From contig CAVVPN010000011.1 of the NCBI GenBank assembly GCA_963750165.1, forward strand, positions 320,001 through 384,000: 64,000 nt of DNA, written 5' to 3'. The stretch is from an uncultured Gemmataceae bacterium. Lineage in GTDB: Bacteria; Planctomycetota; Planctomycetia; Gemmatales; Gemmataceae. The notes under the pieces were generated by a model. It did no database searches and was not told the origin of the DNA. It saw only the letters and a list, made by a program, of their open reading frames with translations. Below, in pieces: positions 10,101 to 21,135 of this stretch (position 1 is the stretch's first letter; the number at the start of each line of letters is the position of its first letter). Made by a program: the position numbers and the translations under genes.

Positions 10101-12272
10101 CTGGATGCCGAGGAAGGGGCGAATTTGCTTGCCGGTGTCCACGTCCCACAGCCAGACCACGTTGTCCTCGCCGCCCGAGAGGACCGTGCGGCCGTCGGGC
10201 GCGAACGCCACGGCGTTGACGGCCCCACGGTGCCCCTGCAGTACGTGGGAGGGTTTGCCGGTGTCCACGTCCCAGAGGCGCACCGTGCCGTCACGGCCGC
10301 CCGAGACAGCGCGCCGGCCGTAAGGCGCGAACGCCACGGTGAGCACGTCGCCGACGTGGCCGGTGAGCCGGCGGATTTCCTTGCCGGTGGACAGGTCCCA
10401 CAGGATCAGTTCGCGGTTATTGCCGCCGGACAGGGCGCGGCGGCCGTCCGACGCGAACGACACCGCCTGCACCTTGTCGCTGTGGCCGCGCAACTCGTGG
10501 ACCAACGCGCCGGTGCTCAGGTTCCAGAGGCATACGCTTTTGTCCCAGCCGGCGGACAGGGCCCGTGAGCCGTCCGGCGAGACGGCGACATCGTGGACGC
10601 GCTCCTTGTGGGCGGCGAGCGTGTGGAGTTCCTTGCCGGTCGGCAGGTCCCAGACGCGGACGGTGCCGTCGGCGCCGCCGGAGACGGCGCGAAGGCCGTT
10701 GGGCGTCAGGGCGACAGCGTCCACCGGGCCGGTGTGGCCGGTGAAGGTCGCCACGGCCTGGATCGGGTTGACGCGCTCGGCGGCGGCTGGGCCGCCAGGC
10801 CCCGGGGGCGGCGCGAGGTCGCGCGCCACCGACCACCAGATCAGCGCCCCGTAGGCACTCGTGACCAGCAGGCAGCACAGGCCGACGGTCACCCAGATGG
10901 GCCAGGTGCTGGCGGCCAGGGTGAGGTTGCGGCGGCGGTCGGCGCGCAGCTCGGGGCCGGAGCGCGGCTCGGGCCGATGCCAGATCTTGGACTCGGTGGC
11001 GTAGCCGGGCTCGTCGGCAGTCCGGCGGCCGCGGCCGGGGACCGGTGTGCGCGGCCGGTCGCTGCCGGGGGCGCCCGCACTGCTCGGCGGCTTGAGCGAC
11101 TGCATGGTCGGCATCGAGCTGAGCGACGGTCCTGCCGCGTCCACCCGGGTGGGCTGCCGGCTGTTCCCGGCGCTGCTGGGGGCGACGCCGGACAGGTCGA
11201 GGCGCGGCATCTCGACACTGGTGGGCGGCGGCACTGGCAGTTGCGTCCAGGGGCTGAGGGCGGCGACGACCTCCAGCGGCGTCTGGTAGCGCTGGTTGGG
11301 GTCCTTGGCGATCATCTTGTTCATGACCGCGACCAGTTCCTCGGGCACGTCCTGGCGCACCTCGCGGAGGGGCCGGGGCTGCCGGACCTGGTGCCAGATG
11401 AGTTTCTGGGCGACCGTGCCCTCCTCGAAGGGGCTCTTGCCGGCCAGCAGGAAATAGAAGGTGATGCCGAGGCTGTACACGTCGGCGCGGATGTCCACCC
11501 CGTGGCTGTCCAGCGCCTGCTCGGGGGCGAGGTAGTCCGCCGTGCCCAGAACGCTGGTGGCGTCGTACTGTTTGGTCAGTTCGTCGCGGTCGTCCTTGAA
11601 GAAGCGGGCCAGGCCCATGTCGAGCACCTTGACGATGCCGCCGCGATCAACGATCAGGTTGCCGGGCTTGATGTCGCGGTGGACCAGGCCCGCTTCGTGG
11701 GCGTGCTGCAGGCCGAGCGCCGCCTGGGCGATGTAATGGGCGGCCCGGTTCACCTCCAGCGCGCCGTTGCGCTTGACGACCTCCTGCAGACTGCTGCCAT
11801 CGACGTATTCCATGACGAGGAAGTGCAGTTTGTCCTCGCGGTCGATGTCGTGGGCGCGGACGATGTTGGGGTGGTCGAGGGCGGCGACGGCGCGGGCCTC
11901 GCGCTCGAAGCGCTCGACAGCGGCGGGGTCGCTGGACTGCGAGATCGGCAGCACCTTGAGCGCCACCTTGCGGCGCATGCGAATGTGTTCACATAAATAG
12001 ACGCTGCCCATGCCGCCGGCGCCGACGCGGGTCAGCAGCCGATACTTGCCGGCAATGATGAAGCCGCGCCACTTGCCCTGCAGCAGGTGATCGGCCTGGA
12101 ACTTGGTCAGCAGGCCGTCGCGGATCATGGCCTCGGCCAACTCCTTCGGCGACTGCGGCACCTTGCCGGCGGTTTCCAGGCGCTTCCAGTAATCGGCGAA
12201 GGCGTCCTTGCTCAGCACGCCACTCTTGTAGGTCAGGTCCAGAAATTCGTCGATGACGGTCGGCGCTGCCAT
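7107..12272 (-). CDS. Ser/Thr protein kinase with a transmembrane segment and about four WD40 beta-propellers
   Basis: [59 protein letters not shown]; many GH...WD repeats. Confidence 0.95.
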   Translation of the reverse strand: MAAPTVIDEFLDLTYKSGVLSKDAFADYWKRLETAGKVPQSPKELAEAMIRDGLLTKFQADHLLQGKWRGFIIAGKYRLLTRVGAGGMGSVYLCEHIRMRRKVALKVLPISQSSDPAAVERFEREARAVAALDHPNIVRAHDIDREDKLHFLVMEYVDGSSLQEVVKRNGALEVNRAAHYIAQAALGLQHAHEAGLVHRDIKPGNLIVDRGGIVKVLDMGLARFFKDDRDELTKQYDATSVLGTADYLAPEQALDSHGVDIRADVYSLGITFYFLLAGKSPFEEGTVAQKLIWHQVRQPRPLREVRQDVPEELVAVMNKMIAKDPNQRYQTPLEVVAALSPWTQLPVPPPTSVEMPRLDLSGVAPSSAGNSRQPTRVDAAGPSLSSMPTMQSLKPPSSAGAPGSDRPRTPVPGRGRRTADEPGYATESKIWHRPEPRSGPELRADRRRNLTLAASTWPIWVTVGLCCLLVTSAYGALIWWSVARDLAPPPGPGGPAAAERVNPIQAVATFTGHTGPVDAVALTPNGLRAVSGGADGTVRVWDLPTGKELHTLAAHKERVHDVAVSPDGSRALSAGWDKSVCLWNLSTGALVHELRGHSDKVQAVSFASDGRRALSGGNNRELILWDLSTGKEIRRLTGHVGDVLTVAFAPYGRRAVSGGRDGTVRLWDVDTGKPSHVLQGHRGAVNAVAFAPDGRTVLSGGEDNVVWLWDVDTGKQIRPFLGIQGEIAGVAYSPDGRFVFTAAGDRLVRLWETASGRELQRFAGHTQAVRAVVCGGDGRYLVSASDDATLRRWRLPTYLACPLVGEAARLQGHTAGIDRIAVSPDGRRVLSAGMDKDNTVRVWELWPHPKAGRVIKAHNNSVTFVQFAADSRRFLSSSKDRTAKLWNANDGKLLRTFTGDDALWVALFSPDQKQVLTAGMDNLARLWDAETGVPIRTFTGHDKAINSAAWLPDGKRFVTASWDNTLILWNAQTGAELRRYKGHKASVSTVAVLPGGKQFLSGSQDKSVRLWDVDSGKTVWTHTGHTDRVYIVAVSPCGRFAASGGQDQTIRLWDLERNRTLHVFTGHTGAVAGLAFTPDGQRLVSGGHDRTVRVWNLPGYTALCPAGEIRQLKGHTQHVDRVAYSPDGRQALSVGHDNSARLWDVFGGYQVRELRGHTSKLYGVAISPDGRTGATCGADATVRIWDLQNGAARHVLTKHMKPVWGVAFTPDGKYLLSGGEDNVARLWDVDTGEQVRELIGHRKAINWVAISPDGKLAATAGWDNTARLWELPGGVELKALPHPDKVTTVTFSPDGRQLVTGCTDRLVRVYDVAQGALLFNLSGHGSAVYALSYSPEGVRLLSSGADQSIRLWDMTTHKQLRTYDGHKGAVSGVAFAPDGRWFVSAGADKTVRLWGVPGAIYDPPPKKIDPKKGPKQEVKPPPVEQPVKQVRQCEGHEGPVEAVVLMGQGQRALTASLDKTVRQWDLNTGKVLWTFLGHEEGVLCVAVSGDGQQALSGSWDKTARLWDVPRGKELKKLPHNGRVTAVAFAPDGRHALTGGLERKLRLWDLDSGQTVREFVGHGDTVTAVAFLPGGKQAVSAADDGTVRLWNVDSGAEVRQYKDKDQFGKVNALALSADGRMLWSAGLDGVIRQWDVKTGALKRKLTGHAGEVTAVAVSADGKRLLSGGRDRTLRLWDAADGRPLRRWDGHGELITGVALTADARQAVSVGYDQRVRVWDLSK

Positions 12273-12593
12273 TGGCCCTACCTTTTCAAGGACGCGAAAA
12301 AAGGGGGGTAAACGACCGCGGGGAGGCGGCCGATTAAAGAACGATGAATAGCGGGCGAAAGAACCAATCTACCTTCAGGATACATCGTGAACAGTGAGTT
12401 GTCACCTGGATTTGTGTGCGCAATGGGATGCCCATCGGAAGCGGGCGCATTCAAACTGCGGCGGCTGTTGCCGAACGCGGGTCAGGGATCTCCGACGGCA
12501 GCGACCAGACCACTGGCCCCGTTCGCTCCAGCGCCACCAGCAGCGGCCCGCCGGCGATGTCGGTTGGCACGGCGGGACGCTCGATGGCGTGGG

Positions 12594-12663
12594 TTGCCCC
12601 AACAAGAACGCCAAGAACGCCAAGGACGCCAACTTTTTTACACGTCGAGATTCGGCGCCCTGG
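12594..12663 (+). repeat. Dispersed ~70-bp repeat, copy 1
   Basis: (CAAGRACGC)x3 + CAACTTTTTTACACGTCGAGATTCGGCG; related copies at 57053-57120 and 57162-57230 on the minus strand. Confidence 0.85.
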
Positions 12664-12812
12664 CGACGAAGTGCAATTTTCCCCTCGCCAAGCTGTGCGG
12701 CGGTGCTTTATAATCTCCCATACAACCAACCCCGCCCGGCCGAACGTGCTGCCACCCTCGGCCGCAAGCCGCTTGCCCGCGTCCCGCCGTGACCTCACCA
12801 GAGGAACTGTCG

Positions 12813-15290
12813 ATGTCTGCCGCACTCCGTCTGTGCCTGCTGGGCAGTCTGCTGGCCCTGCCCGGGATCGCCGCCGCGCAAACGCCCGCCCCGGCCAACA
12901 TCGTCCGCCTCAGCGCCGCGCCCGCCGCGGTCGTCCTGACGCACGCCGACGACCGCCAGCAAATCCTGGTCACCGCCCACTGCGCCGACCAGACCGAGCG
13001 CGACGCCACCCACGCCGTCCAGTACACCGTCGCCAACCCCGCCGTCGCCAGCGTCAGTGCGCAGGGCGTGGTGCGGGCGAAGGGCGTCGGCCATACCGTC
13101 GTGCAGATCAGCGGCCCCGGCGGCAAGGCGGAGGTGCGGGTGAAGGTCACCGAGGCGGTGGAACGGCCGGTCAGTTTCGCCAACGATGTGATGCCGATCC
13201 TGGCCCGTGCCGGCTGCAACAGCGGCGCCTGCCACGGCTCCGCGTCCGGGAAGAAGGGTTTCAAGGTGTCGCTGCGCGGCTACAACCCGGCGACCGATTA
13301 CATCACGTTGACCCGCGGCGGCAACGGCCGGCGCCTCAACCGCAACGACCCCGACCGCAGTCTGCTGCTGCTCAAGCCGACCGGCAGAGTACCGCACGAG
13401 GGCGGCAAGCGCTTCGACGCCGACAGCGCTTACGCCCGCACCCTGCAGCGCTGGCTTGCGGAGGGGGCCGGCAACGACCTGGCCGCGGCGCCGAAGCTGG
13501 TACGTGTGGAGGTGGCGCCGTCGTCCCGCACGCTGCCAGCGGTCGGGCTGCGGCAGCAGTTGCGCGTCACCGCCCACTACAGCAACGGCAGCGCGCGCGA
13601 TGTAACCGCGGACGCCCGCTACAGTTCCAGCAACGAGGTGGTCGCCACGGTCGATGAGGCGGGCCTGGTCCGGCTGCCCGGCAAGGGCGAGGCGGCCATC
13701 ATGGTGCGCTACGGCCACGTCATGGCGGTCAGCAACCTGGCGGCGCTGGAGCACGACCCCAGGTTCGTCTGGTCGAACCCGCCCGAAACCAATTACATCG
13801 ACCGCCACGTCAACGCCAAGCTGAAGAAGATGCAATTCCTGCCGTCGGACCTGTGTTCCGATGAGGTGTTCCTGCGCCGCGTCCATTATGACGTGCTCGG
13901 CCTACCGCCGACGCCGAAGGAAATCCGTGCCTTCCTCGCGGACCAGCGCCCCGACAAGCGCGCCCGAGTCATCGATGCGCTGCTGGAGCGGCCGGAGCAC
14001 GCGGACTTCTGGGCGCTGAAGTGGGGCGATCTGCTCAAGGTGCGCTTCGACCTGATGCGCGACAAGGGCACCTGGGGCATGCACCGCTGGCTACGCGACG
14101 GCATCGCCGCCAACAAGCCGTATGACCAGTTCGTCCGCGCGATCGTCACCGCCGAGGGCAGCTGTGCCGAGAACCCGCCCGCCAACTTCTGGCGCGTCCA
14201 CGCCAGCGCCGACGAGGCGTCCGAGGCGACGGTGCAGGTGTTTTTCGGCGTCCGGTTGCTTTGCGCCCGTTGCCATGACCACCCGTTCGAGAAGTGGGTG
14301 CAGACGGACTATTACGGCATGACGGCGTTCTTCACGCAGGTCGGCCGCAAGGCCGGCAAGCGTCGCGATGACCAGATCATCTTTTTCCGGGAGGCCGCCC
14401 CGCAGGCCCGCCACTCGACCACCGGCGCCACCGTGCTGGCGAAATTCCTGGACGCCCCGACGCCGAAACTGACGCCGCAGCAAGACGCCCGCGCTGCCCT
14501 GGCGGCGTGGATGACGCGCAAGGACAACCCGTTCTTCGCCCGCGCCGCGGTCAACCGCTACTGGAGTTACCTGTTCGGCCGCGGCATCATCGACCCGGTG
14601 GACGACCTCCGCAGCAGCAACCCACCCAGCAACGGCCCGCTGCTCGACGCGCTGACGAAGGATTTCGTCGATCACGACTTCGACGTGCGCCACCTGCTGC
14701 GGACCATCCTGAACTCGCGGACGTATCAGCTGTCGGCCAAAACGAACCCGTGGAACCGCGATGACAAACTGCTCTTTTCACACGCGCTGCCGCGACGGCT
14801 GTCGGCAGAGCAGTTGCTGGACACGCTCAGCCAGGCGACGGGCCTCCGCGAGAATTTCGTCGGCCGTATCCCGGGTTCCGGCACGGTGGCGCTGCCGGTC
14901 GGCGGTCTGCGTGCCGGCCAGTTGCCGGATCGCCAGTTGACCGCGGAGATGCTGGACCTGTTCGGCCGGCCGCGCGGCGATACGTCGTGTTCCTGTGAGC
15001 GGCACGACGAGGCGAGCATGACGCAGGCGCTGCACCTGATTAACGGCAAGAGCCTGGCGCGGCGGCTCGCGGACCCGAATTGCAGCGTCAACAAGCTCGT
15101 GAAACAACCGAAGATCACGGACGAGCAGATCATTGAGGAATTGTACCTGAGCGTGCTGTGCCGGCGGCCGCGGCCGGAGGAGCGTGAGCTGATGCTGCGC
15201 CACTTCCGCGTTAGTCCCAACCGCCAGCAGGCCGCCCAGGACGCGCTGTGGGTGCTGTTCAACACCAAGGAACTGCTGTTTAATTACTGA
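12813..15290 (+). CDS. DUF1549/DUF1553 domain protein with Ig-like (Big_2) domains
   Basis: SFANDVMPILARAGCNSGACHG, NYIDRHV, FLRRVHYDVLGLPPT, CARCHDHPFEKW, VNRYWSYLFGRGI, SMTQALHLING. Confidence 0.92.
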   Translation: MSAALRLCLLGSLLALPGIAAAQTPAPANIVRLSAAPAAVVLTHADDRQQILVTAHCADQTERDATHAVQYTVANPAVASVSAQGVVRAKGVGHTVVQISGPGGKAEVRVKVTEAVERPVSFANDVMPILARAGCNSGACHGSASGKKGFKVSLRGYNPATDYITLTRGGNGRRLNRNDPDRSLLLLKPTGRVPHEGGKRFDADSAYARTLQRWLAEGAGNDLAAAPKLVRVEVAPSSRTLPAVGLRQQLRVTAHYSNGSARDVTADARYSSSNEVVATVDEAGLVRLPGKGEAAIMVRYGHVMAVSNLAALEHDPRFVWSNPPETNYIDRHVNAKLKKMQFLPSDLCSDEVFLRRVHYDVLGLPPTPKEIRAFLADQRPDKRARVIDALLERPEHADFWALKWGDLLKVRFDLMRDKGTWGMHRWLRDGIAANKPYDQFVRAIVTAEGSCAENPPANFWRVHASADEASEATVQVFFGVRLLCARCHDHPFEKWVQTDYYGMTAFFTQVGRKAGKRRDDQIIFFREAAPQARHSTTGATVLAKFLDAPTPKLTPQQDARAALAAWMTRKDNPFFARAAVNRYWSYLFGRGIIDPVDDLRSSNPPSNGPLLDALTKDFVDHDFDVRHLLRTILNSRTYQLSAKTNPWNRDDKLLFSHALPRRLSAEQLLDTLSQATGLRENFVGRIPGSGTVALPVGGLRAGQLPDRQLTAEMLDLFGRPRGDTSCSCERHDEASMTQALHLINGKSLARRLADPNCSVNKLVKQPKITDEQIIEELYLSVLCRRPRPEERELMLRHFRVSPNRQQAAQDALWVLFNTKELLFNY

Positions 15291-15405
15291 GTCATTAGTC
15301 ATCAGTCATCAGTCATTAGTCATCTGAGTGCCCGTTCAAAGCCTAACTTTTGCTCCTGGCAGGGACCCAGATTACTAATGACTAATGACTGATGACCAAT
15401 GACTC
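15290..15405. repeat. Inverted pair of tandem heptamer arrays (AGTCATY / RATGACT)
   Basis: AGTCATTAGTCATCAGTCATCAGTCATTAGTCAT ... AATGACTAATGACTGATGACCAATGACT. Confidence 0.85.
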
Positions 15406-15432
15406 TTCGGATGCACCAGGAGTCCGCTGACC

Positions 15433-16935
15433 ATGCTGCGATCGCGCTGCTGTTACTGTGTCCTCTGTTCGCTGCTCGGGCTGTTGCTGACGCTGCTGCT
15501 GCTCAGCACGCCCAGCGCCGCCCGCGCCCAGGGCCCCGCCAAGAAAAGCTCCATCAGCTTCATCAACGACGTGGCCCCCATCCTGAAAGAGAACTGCTTC
15601 GCCTGCCACGACGCCAAGAAGCGCAAGGGCAAACTCGACATGACCACCTACGAGAACCTGCGCAAGGGCGGCATCAATGAGGATCCCATCACGCCCGGTA
15701 ACCCGCGCGATAGCAAGATTTACGAGGTGCTGACCAGCAAGGGCGCCGACCGCATGCCGCCCAGGGAGGCCGGTGATGCGCTGGCGAAGGAGAAAATCGC
15801 CGTCATCGAGCAGTGGATCAAGGAAGGCGCCAAGCTCGACAAGGAAGTGACCGCCAAGGCGGACCTGATGCGCGAATTGCGCGTCCGCTGGCAGCCGCCG
15901 GCGCCGCCGGCCGCGTACAAGTTCCCGGTCAACGTCAACGCCCTGGCGTTCACGCCGGACGGCAAACAACTGGTCGTCGGCGGCTATCATGAGTTGACGG
16001 TGTGGAACATCGCCGACGGCAAACTGCTCAAGCGCGTCCGCACGCGGGCGGAGCGCGCTTACGGCATGGTGTTCCTGCCCGACGGTAAACTGGTCGTCGC
16101 CGGCGGCCGGCCCGGTCAGGAGGGCGACGTGCGCGTCTACGATCTCGGTCCGCGCGGCAAGGAGGTCAACGGCATCGCGACCCTTGACGGCGTGTACGAC
16201 AAGCAGGTGTTGGTGCGGGAACTGGCCGAGACGGACGACTCCATCCTGGCGCTGGCGCTGAGCACCGACGGCAAGAAGCTGGCTGCCGCGGGTTGCGACC
16301 GCCTGGTGCGCGTCTGGGACGTGAGCGGCGGCATCGTCAACGCCAAAATGGACCCGCCCATTGAGAACCACGCGGACTGGGTGTTCGGCCTGGCATTCTC
16401 CCCGGACGGCAAGTATCTGCTGACCGCCAGCCGAGACAAGACGGCCAAGGTGTGGGACCTGACCGCGAAGGAATCGGTGCTGACGTTCCCGGATCACCAG
16501 CAGGGCGTTTATGGCGTCGCCATCACGGGCGACGGCAAGATCGGCATCTCCGTGGCCGACGACGGCAATGTGCGCTTCTGGCAGGCGACGGACGACAAAA
16601 AGCAGATCGGCAAGCAGACGAAGATCGGCGGCGGCCACAGCAAGGGCGTCTTCAAGATCGCTTATCGCAACGATCCGAAGAAGCCGTTGCTGGCGACCTG
16701 CGGCCAGGACGGCACGGTGCGGCTGTGGAACCCGATGACGGGCGCGGCCATCAAGACGTTGACCGGCCACACGGACTGGGTGTTCGCGGTGGCGCTGAGC
16801 CCCGACGGCAGCCTGGTCGCGTCCGGCAGCTGGAACGGCGAGGTCAGGGTCTGGAAAACCAGCGACGGCAGCCTGGTGCAGTCGTTCAACGCCTCGCCCG
16901 GCTACGCGGCGCCCAAGGTCGAGGCGAAGAAGTAA
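15433..16935 (+). CDS. Planctomycete cytochrome c (PSCyt1) plus WD40 repeat protein
   Basis: SFINDVAPILKENCFACH, RMPP, WIKEGA, then WD40 repeats. Confidence 0.9.
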   Translation: MLRSRCCYCVLCSLLGLLLTLLLLSTPSAARAQGPAKKSSISFINDVAPILKENCFACHDAKKRKGKLDMTTYENLRKGGINEDPITPGNPRDSKIYEVLTSKGADRMPPREAGDALAKEKIAVIEQWIKEGAKLDKEVTAKADLMRELRVRWQPPAPPAAYKFPVNVNALAFTPDGKQLVVGGYHELTVWNIADGKLLKRVRTRAERAYGMVFLPDGKLVVAGGRPGQEGDVRVYDLGPRGKEVNGIATLDGVYDKQVLVRELAETDDSILALALSTDGKKLAAAGCDRLVRVWDVSGGIVNAKMDPPIENHADWVFGLAFSPDGKYLLTASRDKTAKVWDLTAKESVLTFPDHQQGVYGVAITGDGKIGISVADDGNVRFWQATDDKKQIGKQTKIGGGHSKGVFKIAYRNDPKKPLLATCGQDGTVRLWNPMTGAAIKTLTGHTDWVFAVALSPDGSLVASGSWNGEVRVWKTSDGSLVQSFNASPGYAAPKVEAKK

Positions 16936-16942
16936 ACCAAAC

Positions 16943-17290
16943 GTGGGGCAGACAATCCTGTCTCCCTCTGCAGTGGCTCTGTTGTGGCCCGGTCTCCGCT
17001 CTGTTGTGGCCCGGTCTCCGGACCGGGCCACGCGGCAGACTCCTCCTCTGTTGTGGCCCGGTCTCCGGACCGGGCCACGCGGCAGGACCGAAGGTCTCCC
17101 CACATTCACGCGAATTGAAGAGGAGACCTTCGGTCGGGGCCGGTGGCCTGGTCAGGAGACCAGGCCACAACGCTGGAGGTCGGGGCCGGTGGCCTGGTCA
17201 GGAGACCAGGCCACAACGCTGGAGACCAAGCCACAACGCTGGAGACCAGGCCACAACGCTGAAGACCAAGCTACAACGCTGAACCACAAC
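16943..17290. repeat. REP-like palindrome cluster followed by a 20-bp tandem array
   Basis: GTTGTGGCCCGGTCTCCGGACCGGGCCAC copies facing GTGGCCTGGTCAGGAGACCAGGCCACAAC copies; GGAGACCAGGCCACAACGCT-like units x4.5 at 17201-17290. Confidence 0.9.
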
Positions 17291-17309
17291 CCATCCCACG
17301 GTCACCTCG

Positions 17310-18528
17310 ATGAACAACGCAGCGACCTTCGACGCACTGCAATCCCTGCTCGAAACCCAGGGCGCGGCCCCGGCCATCGACCAGCTGTGCCACGTCCTGG
17401 AGGAGCGGCACGATTACCCCAATCTCTTTTACGCGCTGCTGCTGAAAAAGCGGTTCGAGCTGGGCGTCTCGCCGATCCCGACGGCGCCCGCATCGGAACT
17501 GCCGGCGGAGTACCACGCCGCCTACGAGGAAGCCATCCGCAACGCCGGCCATCACGTCGGCGCGCTGGCCCTGCGCGACGGCCGCATCCCCGACGCCTGG
17601 GTCTTCTACCGCATGCTCGGCGAGAAGGAGCCGGTCGTCAAGGCCATCGAGAACGTCAAGCTGCTCGACGGCGAGGACTGCAACGATCTCATCAACATCG
17701 CCTTTCACGAGGGCGTCCACCCGCGCAAGGGTTTCGACCTGTTGCTCGATCGCTACGGCCTGTGCAGCGCCATCACCACGCTCGGTGGCCAGGATTTCCG
17801 CAACGACACCGACACGCGCGACTACTGCCTCAAGCGCCTGGTGCGGGCGCTGTACGACGAACTGGTGGGCCGGCTGACGGCGGAGATCGAACACCAGGAG
17901 GGCAAGAAGCCTGAGTCGCGCAACGTGGCGGAGTTGATCGCCGGCCGTGACTGGCTGTTCGGCGATGACTTCTATTGCATCGACACCTCGCACCTCAGCT
18001 CCGTGGTGCAGATGAGTATGTATCTGCCGCGCGGCCCCGAACTGCAAATGGTCCGCGACATGTGCCAGTACGGCCAGAAGCTGTCGCCGCGCTTCCAGTA
18101 CCCGGGGGCGCCGCCGTTCGAGGACCAGTACAGGGATTACGCCGTCTACTTCGCCATCCTGGCGGGCGAGAACGTCGAGGTTGGACTGGCGCACTTCCGG
18201 GCCAAGGTGGAGCAGGCGGGCCCGCCGGCGCCCGTCGAGCGCCGAGGACGCGGCGGCCGCGGCGGAGATGGGCGTCGAGATGGAGAGCAGTGACACCTAC
18301 CCGGCGGAGGTGCTGGTCAACCTGCTGCTGCGGCTGGAGCGGCCGCAGGAGGCGCTGGCGGTCGCCCGACAATACCTGGCCGGCGCTGACGAACGCCGCA
18401 TTCGCTGTCCGGGCATCGTGGACCTGTGCCAGCGTGTGCAGGACTTCCGCACCCTGGCGGAGGTGGCCCGGGAGCAGAACAACCCCGTGCATTTCGTCGC
18501 GGGACTGATCGCCGCGGCGAAGAAGTGA
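17310..18528 (+). CDS. Hypothetical alpha-helical protein with one frameshift near 18240
   Basis: ORF 17310-18293 continues in another frame (AEDAAAAAEMG...VAGLIAAAKK) to 18528 with coding-type codon usage. Confidence 0.75.
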
Positions 18529-18686
18529 CCTGTCGTGCCGGCAAGCGCTTTCTGGCACGCCGGCCGCGTCCCGGACGCAAGCGCAATCGCTGGATCTTCT
18601 CCCTGTGGGCGCTTTTTCCTCAAAAAGCTGATCGTCACGGATTGTGCGGCGAGGGGTTATCTCGCCCCTTCGGGGCGAAGCAGGCC

Positions 18687-19673
18687 TCACGTCGTTTCCA
18701 ACACCGGCACCGAATCCACCACCTCGCGCACCACCTGCGCCGCCGTCTTGCCCTCGACCTCCGACTCCGGTCGAATGATGAGCCGATGGCCCAGCACGCC
18801 CAGCGCCACGGCCTGCACGTCCTCGTGCGTGAAGTAATGGCGGCCCGCCAGCAGCGCCCGGGCGCAGGCGCAGCGCAGCAGACATAGCGACGCCCGCGGA
18901 CTCGCGCCGAGCGCCACGTCGCGGTGTTCCCGGCTCGACTCCGCCAGATCGACGATGTAGTTCAGCAAGTCGTCACGGCCGTAGACCTGCGCCAACTGCT
19001 GCTGCATCTCCAGAATCAGGTCCGGCGAGAACAGCTCCTGTACCTCCTGCACCGGGGCGCTGTGCAACCGCAGCATTGCCACCTCCTGCTTCGGCGGCGG
19101 ATAGCCCATCTCGACGCGCAGCAGAAAGCGGTCCAGCTGCGCTTCCGGCAGGCGGTAGACGCCCTCCTGCTCGATCGGGTTCTGCGTCGCCAGCACCATG
19201 AACGGCAGCGGCAGCGGCAGCGTCGTGCCCTCGATGGTCACCTGCTGCTCCTGCATCGCTTCGAGCAGCGCCGCCTGCGTCTTGGCGGGCGCACGGTTCA
19301 CCTCGTCGGCCAGCAGCACCTGACAGAACAGCGGCCCCTTGCGCAGCACGAAGTCGTTCGTCTTGCGGTCGAAGATGTAGGTGCCGGTCACGTCCGAGGG
19401 CAGCAGGTCCGGCGTGAACTGCAATCGCTGATACTGGATGCCGAGGATGCGCGCGAACGTCTTCGACAGGGTGGTCTTGGCGACGCCGGGCACGCCCTCG
19501 AGCAACACATGACCGCCGGCCAAAAGCGCGATCAGGAACTGGTGTGTCACGTGTTCCATGCCGACGACGACGCGACCGACCTCGCGGATTGTCTGTTCGC
19601 CCAGCGTGCGGATGCGCGCGGCCCAGTGCTGGATGTCGCTCGTGCTGGCGTCGAGGTTGAGCCCGGGTGTCAT
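18687..19673 (-). CDS. MoxR family AAA+ ATPase
   Basis: HVLLEGVPGVAKT, RLQFTPDLLPSDVTG, LLADEVNRAPAKTQAALLEAMQE, ATQNPIEQEGVYRLPEAQLDRF. Confidence 0.95.
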   Translation of the reverse strand: MTPGLNLDASTSDIQHWAARIRTLGEQTIREVGRVVVGMEHVTHQFLIALLAGGHVLLEGVPGVAKTTLSKTFARILGIQYQRLQFTPDLLPSDVTGTYIFDRKTNDFVLRKGPLFCQVLLADEVNRAPAKTQAALLEAMQEQQVTIEGTTLPLPLPFMVLATQNPIEQEGVYRLPEAQLDRFLLRVEMGYPPPKQEVAMLRLHSAPVQEVQELFSPDLILEMQQQLAQVYGRDDLLNYIVDLAESSREHRDVALGASPRASLCLLRCACARALLAGRHYFTHEDVQAVALGVLGHRLIIRPESEVEGKTAAQVVREVVDSVPVLETT

Positions 19674-19686
19674 GGCTGGCGCGGTC

Positions 19687-21135
19687 TCAGGGGTTACCCG
19701 CAGCCGAGGCGGCCGGCCGCGGTGGTTGAGGACGGTCGGAACGGGGCGGCGCCGCGGCCCAGGGCAGCAACTCGCCGGCGGCCAGGGCAGTCTGCACGCG
19801 GGTCAGCGCCTGCAGCAGTGCGGTGAACTGCGGCAGGCGCACCGTCTGCGGCGGCCCATACGCCAGCTGCCACAACAACCCCACCAGCGTGTTCAACCGG
19901 CTGCGCTCGGCGGCGCGGCCGCGTGCCGCCACGGGCGGCGCCGCCGGCCGCCGCAGAGCGTCTCCCTCGAAGCACTGGCGGGCCAGCGTTCGCGCTGCTT
20001 CCCAGAGGTTGCCGTGAGCCAGCACGGCCTGGCGGCGCTGCGCGATCAGCGGCGGCGCTGATTGCAGGTCGGTCACGCGTCGCCGCAGCAGCGGTCCCAG
20101 CGGCAACGGCAGCTTGCCGCGCAGCAGCCGTGCCAGGCCGAGCACTAGCAACAGCACGAAGCCGCCGCCCAGCACCCAGCGCAGAATGCGGTCCTTCGGC
20201 AGGGACTCGATCAGCCAGCGGTTGAAGAGGTTGTCCTCCTCGATAGCGCGCAGCAGCTGGTTGATGAACCGCACCGGCGGGATGGGCAGCGGCGCCAGCG
20301 GCAGTTTCAGATCAGTCACGACCTTGCCGTCCACGATGAACAGGACGTGCTTGCGCTGGCCGTCGTCCGTCAGCCAGCGGACGCAGTTCTTGGCGAACAG
20401 GAAATTGTCGCAGTCGCGCCCCGGCTTGTCGAGCTGGGCTACCAGGCCGTTCATGAACAGGCTGTGGCCGGGGATGATGAGCACGCGCTGGTCCGGCCGC
20501 GAGTCGGCTTTGGTGCCGGCGATGTACGGCGCGTCCCACAACGGACCCATCCCGGTCGGCCAGCGGTAATGCCCATCCGGGTACTTGCACAACACCTGGA
20601 AGGCACAATCGGGCGCCAGCCACAGCGGGCAGGGGTAGTGGGCCGCCAGACCGCGGGACAGGCCCGCGAAGATCGGGTGCGGCGGGGCCTTATCAGTCTT
20701 GATGTACAGAAAGCGCGGGTCGCCGCGATAGGCGTTCGCCAGGCCCCATTGGCTGCACTCGTACCATTCCGGGCCGACACGGACCTTGAGGTCTGCCAGC
20801 CGGCCGCGGTCATTGCGGTCCACGGCGATCAGCAGTGCCCCGCCGTTCTCCCGGAACCAATTCAGGCCACCGATCTCCCGCGTCACTACGTCCAACCCTT
20901 TGGGGTCGCCGAAGACGATGACCACCGTGTCTTTCCACCTGTCGCGGGTGAGGTCGCTGGCGCGCGTCAGGGGTTGCAAGCCGAAGACCTTGGCGAGCAT
21001 GTTGCTGAAGATTTGCGTTCCCTTGAAGGGCACCTTCGTCGGGGGCAGTTGGGCGTGAGCGGGCGCGGCGGCCAGCCAGGCGACGCACAGGCCGGCGAGC
21101 AGACCGACGCGGGCTATCCGGAGGCGGCCGCTCAT
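19687..21135 (-). CDS. Membrane-anchored protein of the MoxR cluster (DUF4350-like)
   Basis: Signal peptide, SLFMNG...DNFLFA motif, C-terminal TM segment; ATGA overlap with the upstream gene. Confidence 0.65.
   Translation of the reverse strand: MSGRLRIARVGLLAGLCVAWLAAAPAHAQLPPTKVPFKGTQIFSNMLAKVFGLQPLTRASDLTRDRWKDTVVIVFGDPKGLDVVTREIGGLNWFRENGGALLIAVDRNDRGRLADLKVRVGPEWYECSQWGLANAYRGDPRFLYIKTDKAPPHPIFAGLSRGLAAHYPCPLWLAPDCAFQVLCKYPDGHYRWPTGMGPLWDAPYIAGTKADSRPDQRVLIIPGHSLFMNGLVAQLDKPGRDCDNFLFAKNCVRWLTDDGQRKHVLFIVDGKVVTDLKLPLAPLPIPPVRFINQLLRAIEEDNLFNRWLIESLPKDRILRWVLGGGFVLLLVLGLARLLRGKLPLPLGPLLRRRVTDLQSAPPLIAQRRQAVLAHGNLWEAARTLARQCFEGDALRRPAAPPVAARGRAAERSRLNTLVGLLWQLAYGPPQTVRLPQFTALLQALTRVQTALAAGELLPWAAAPPRSDRPQPPRPAASAAGNP

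Noticed and set aside
17201..17290. CRISPR array
   Set aside because: Repeats are directly tandem with no unique spacers, and there are no cas genes in the window
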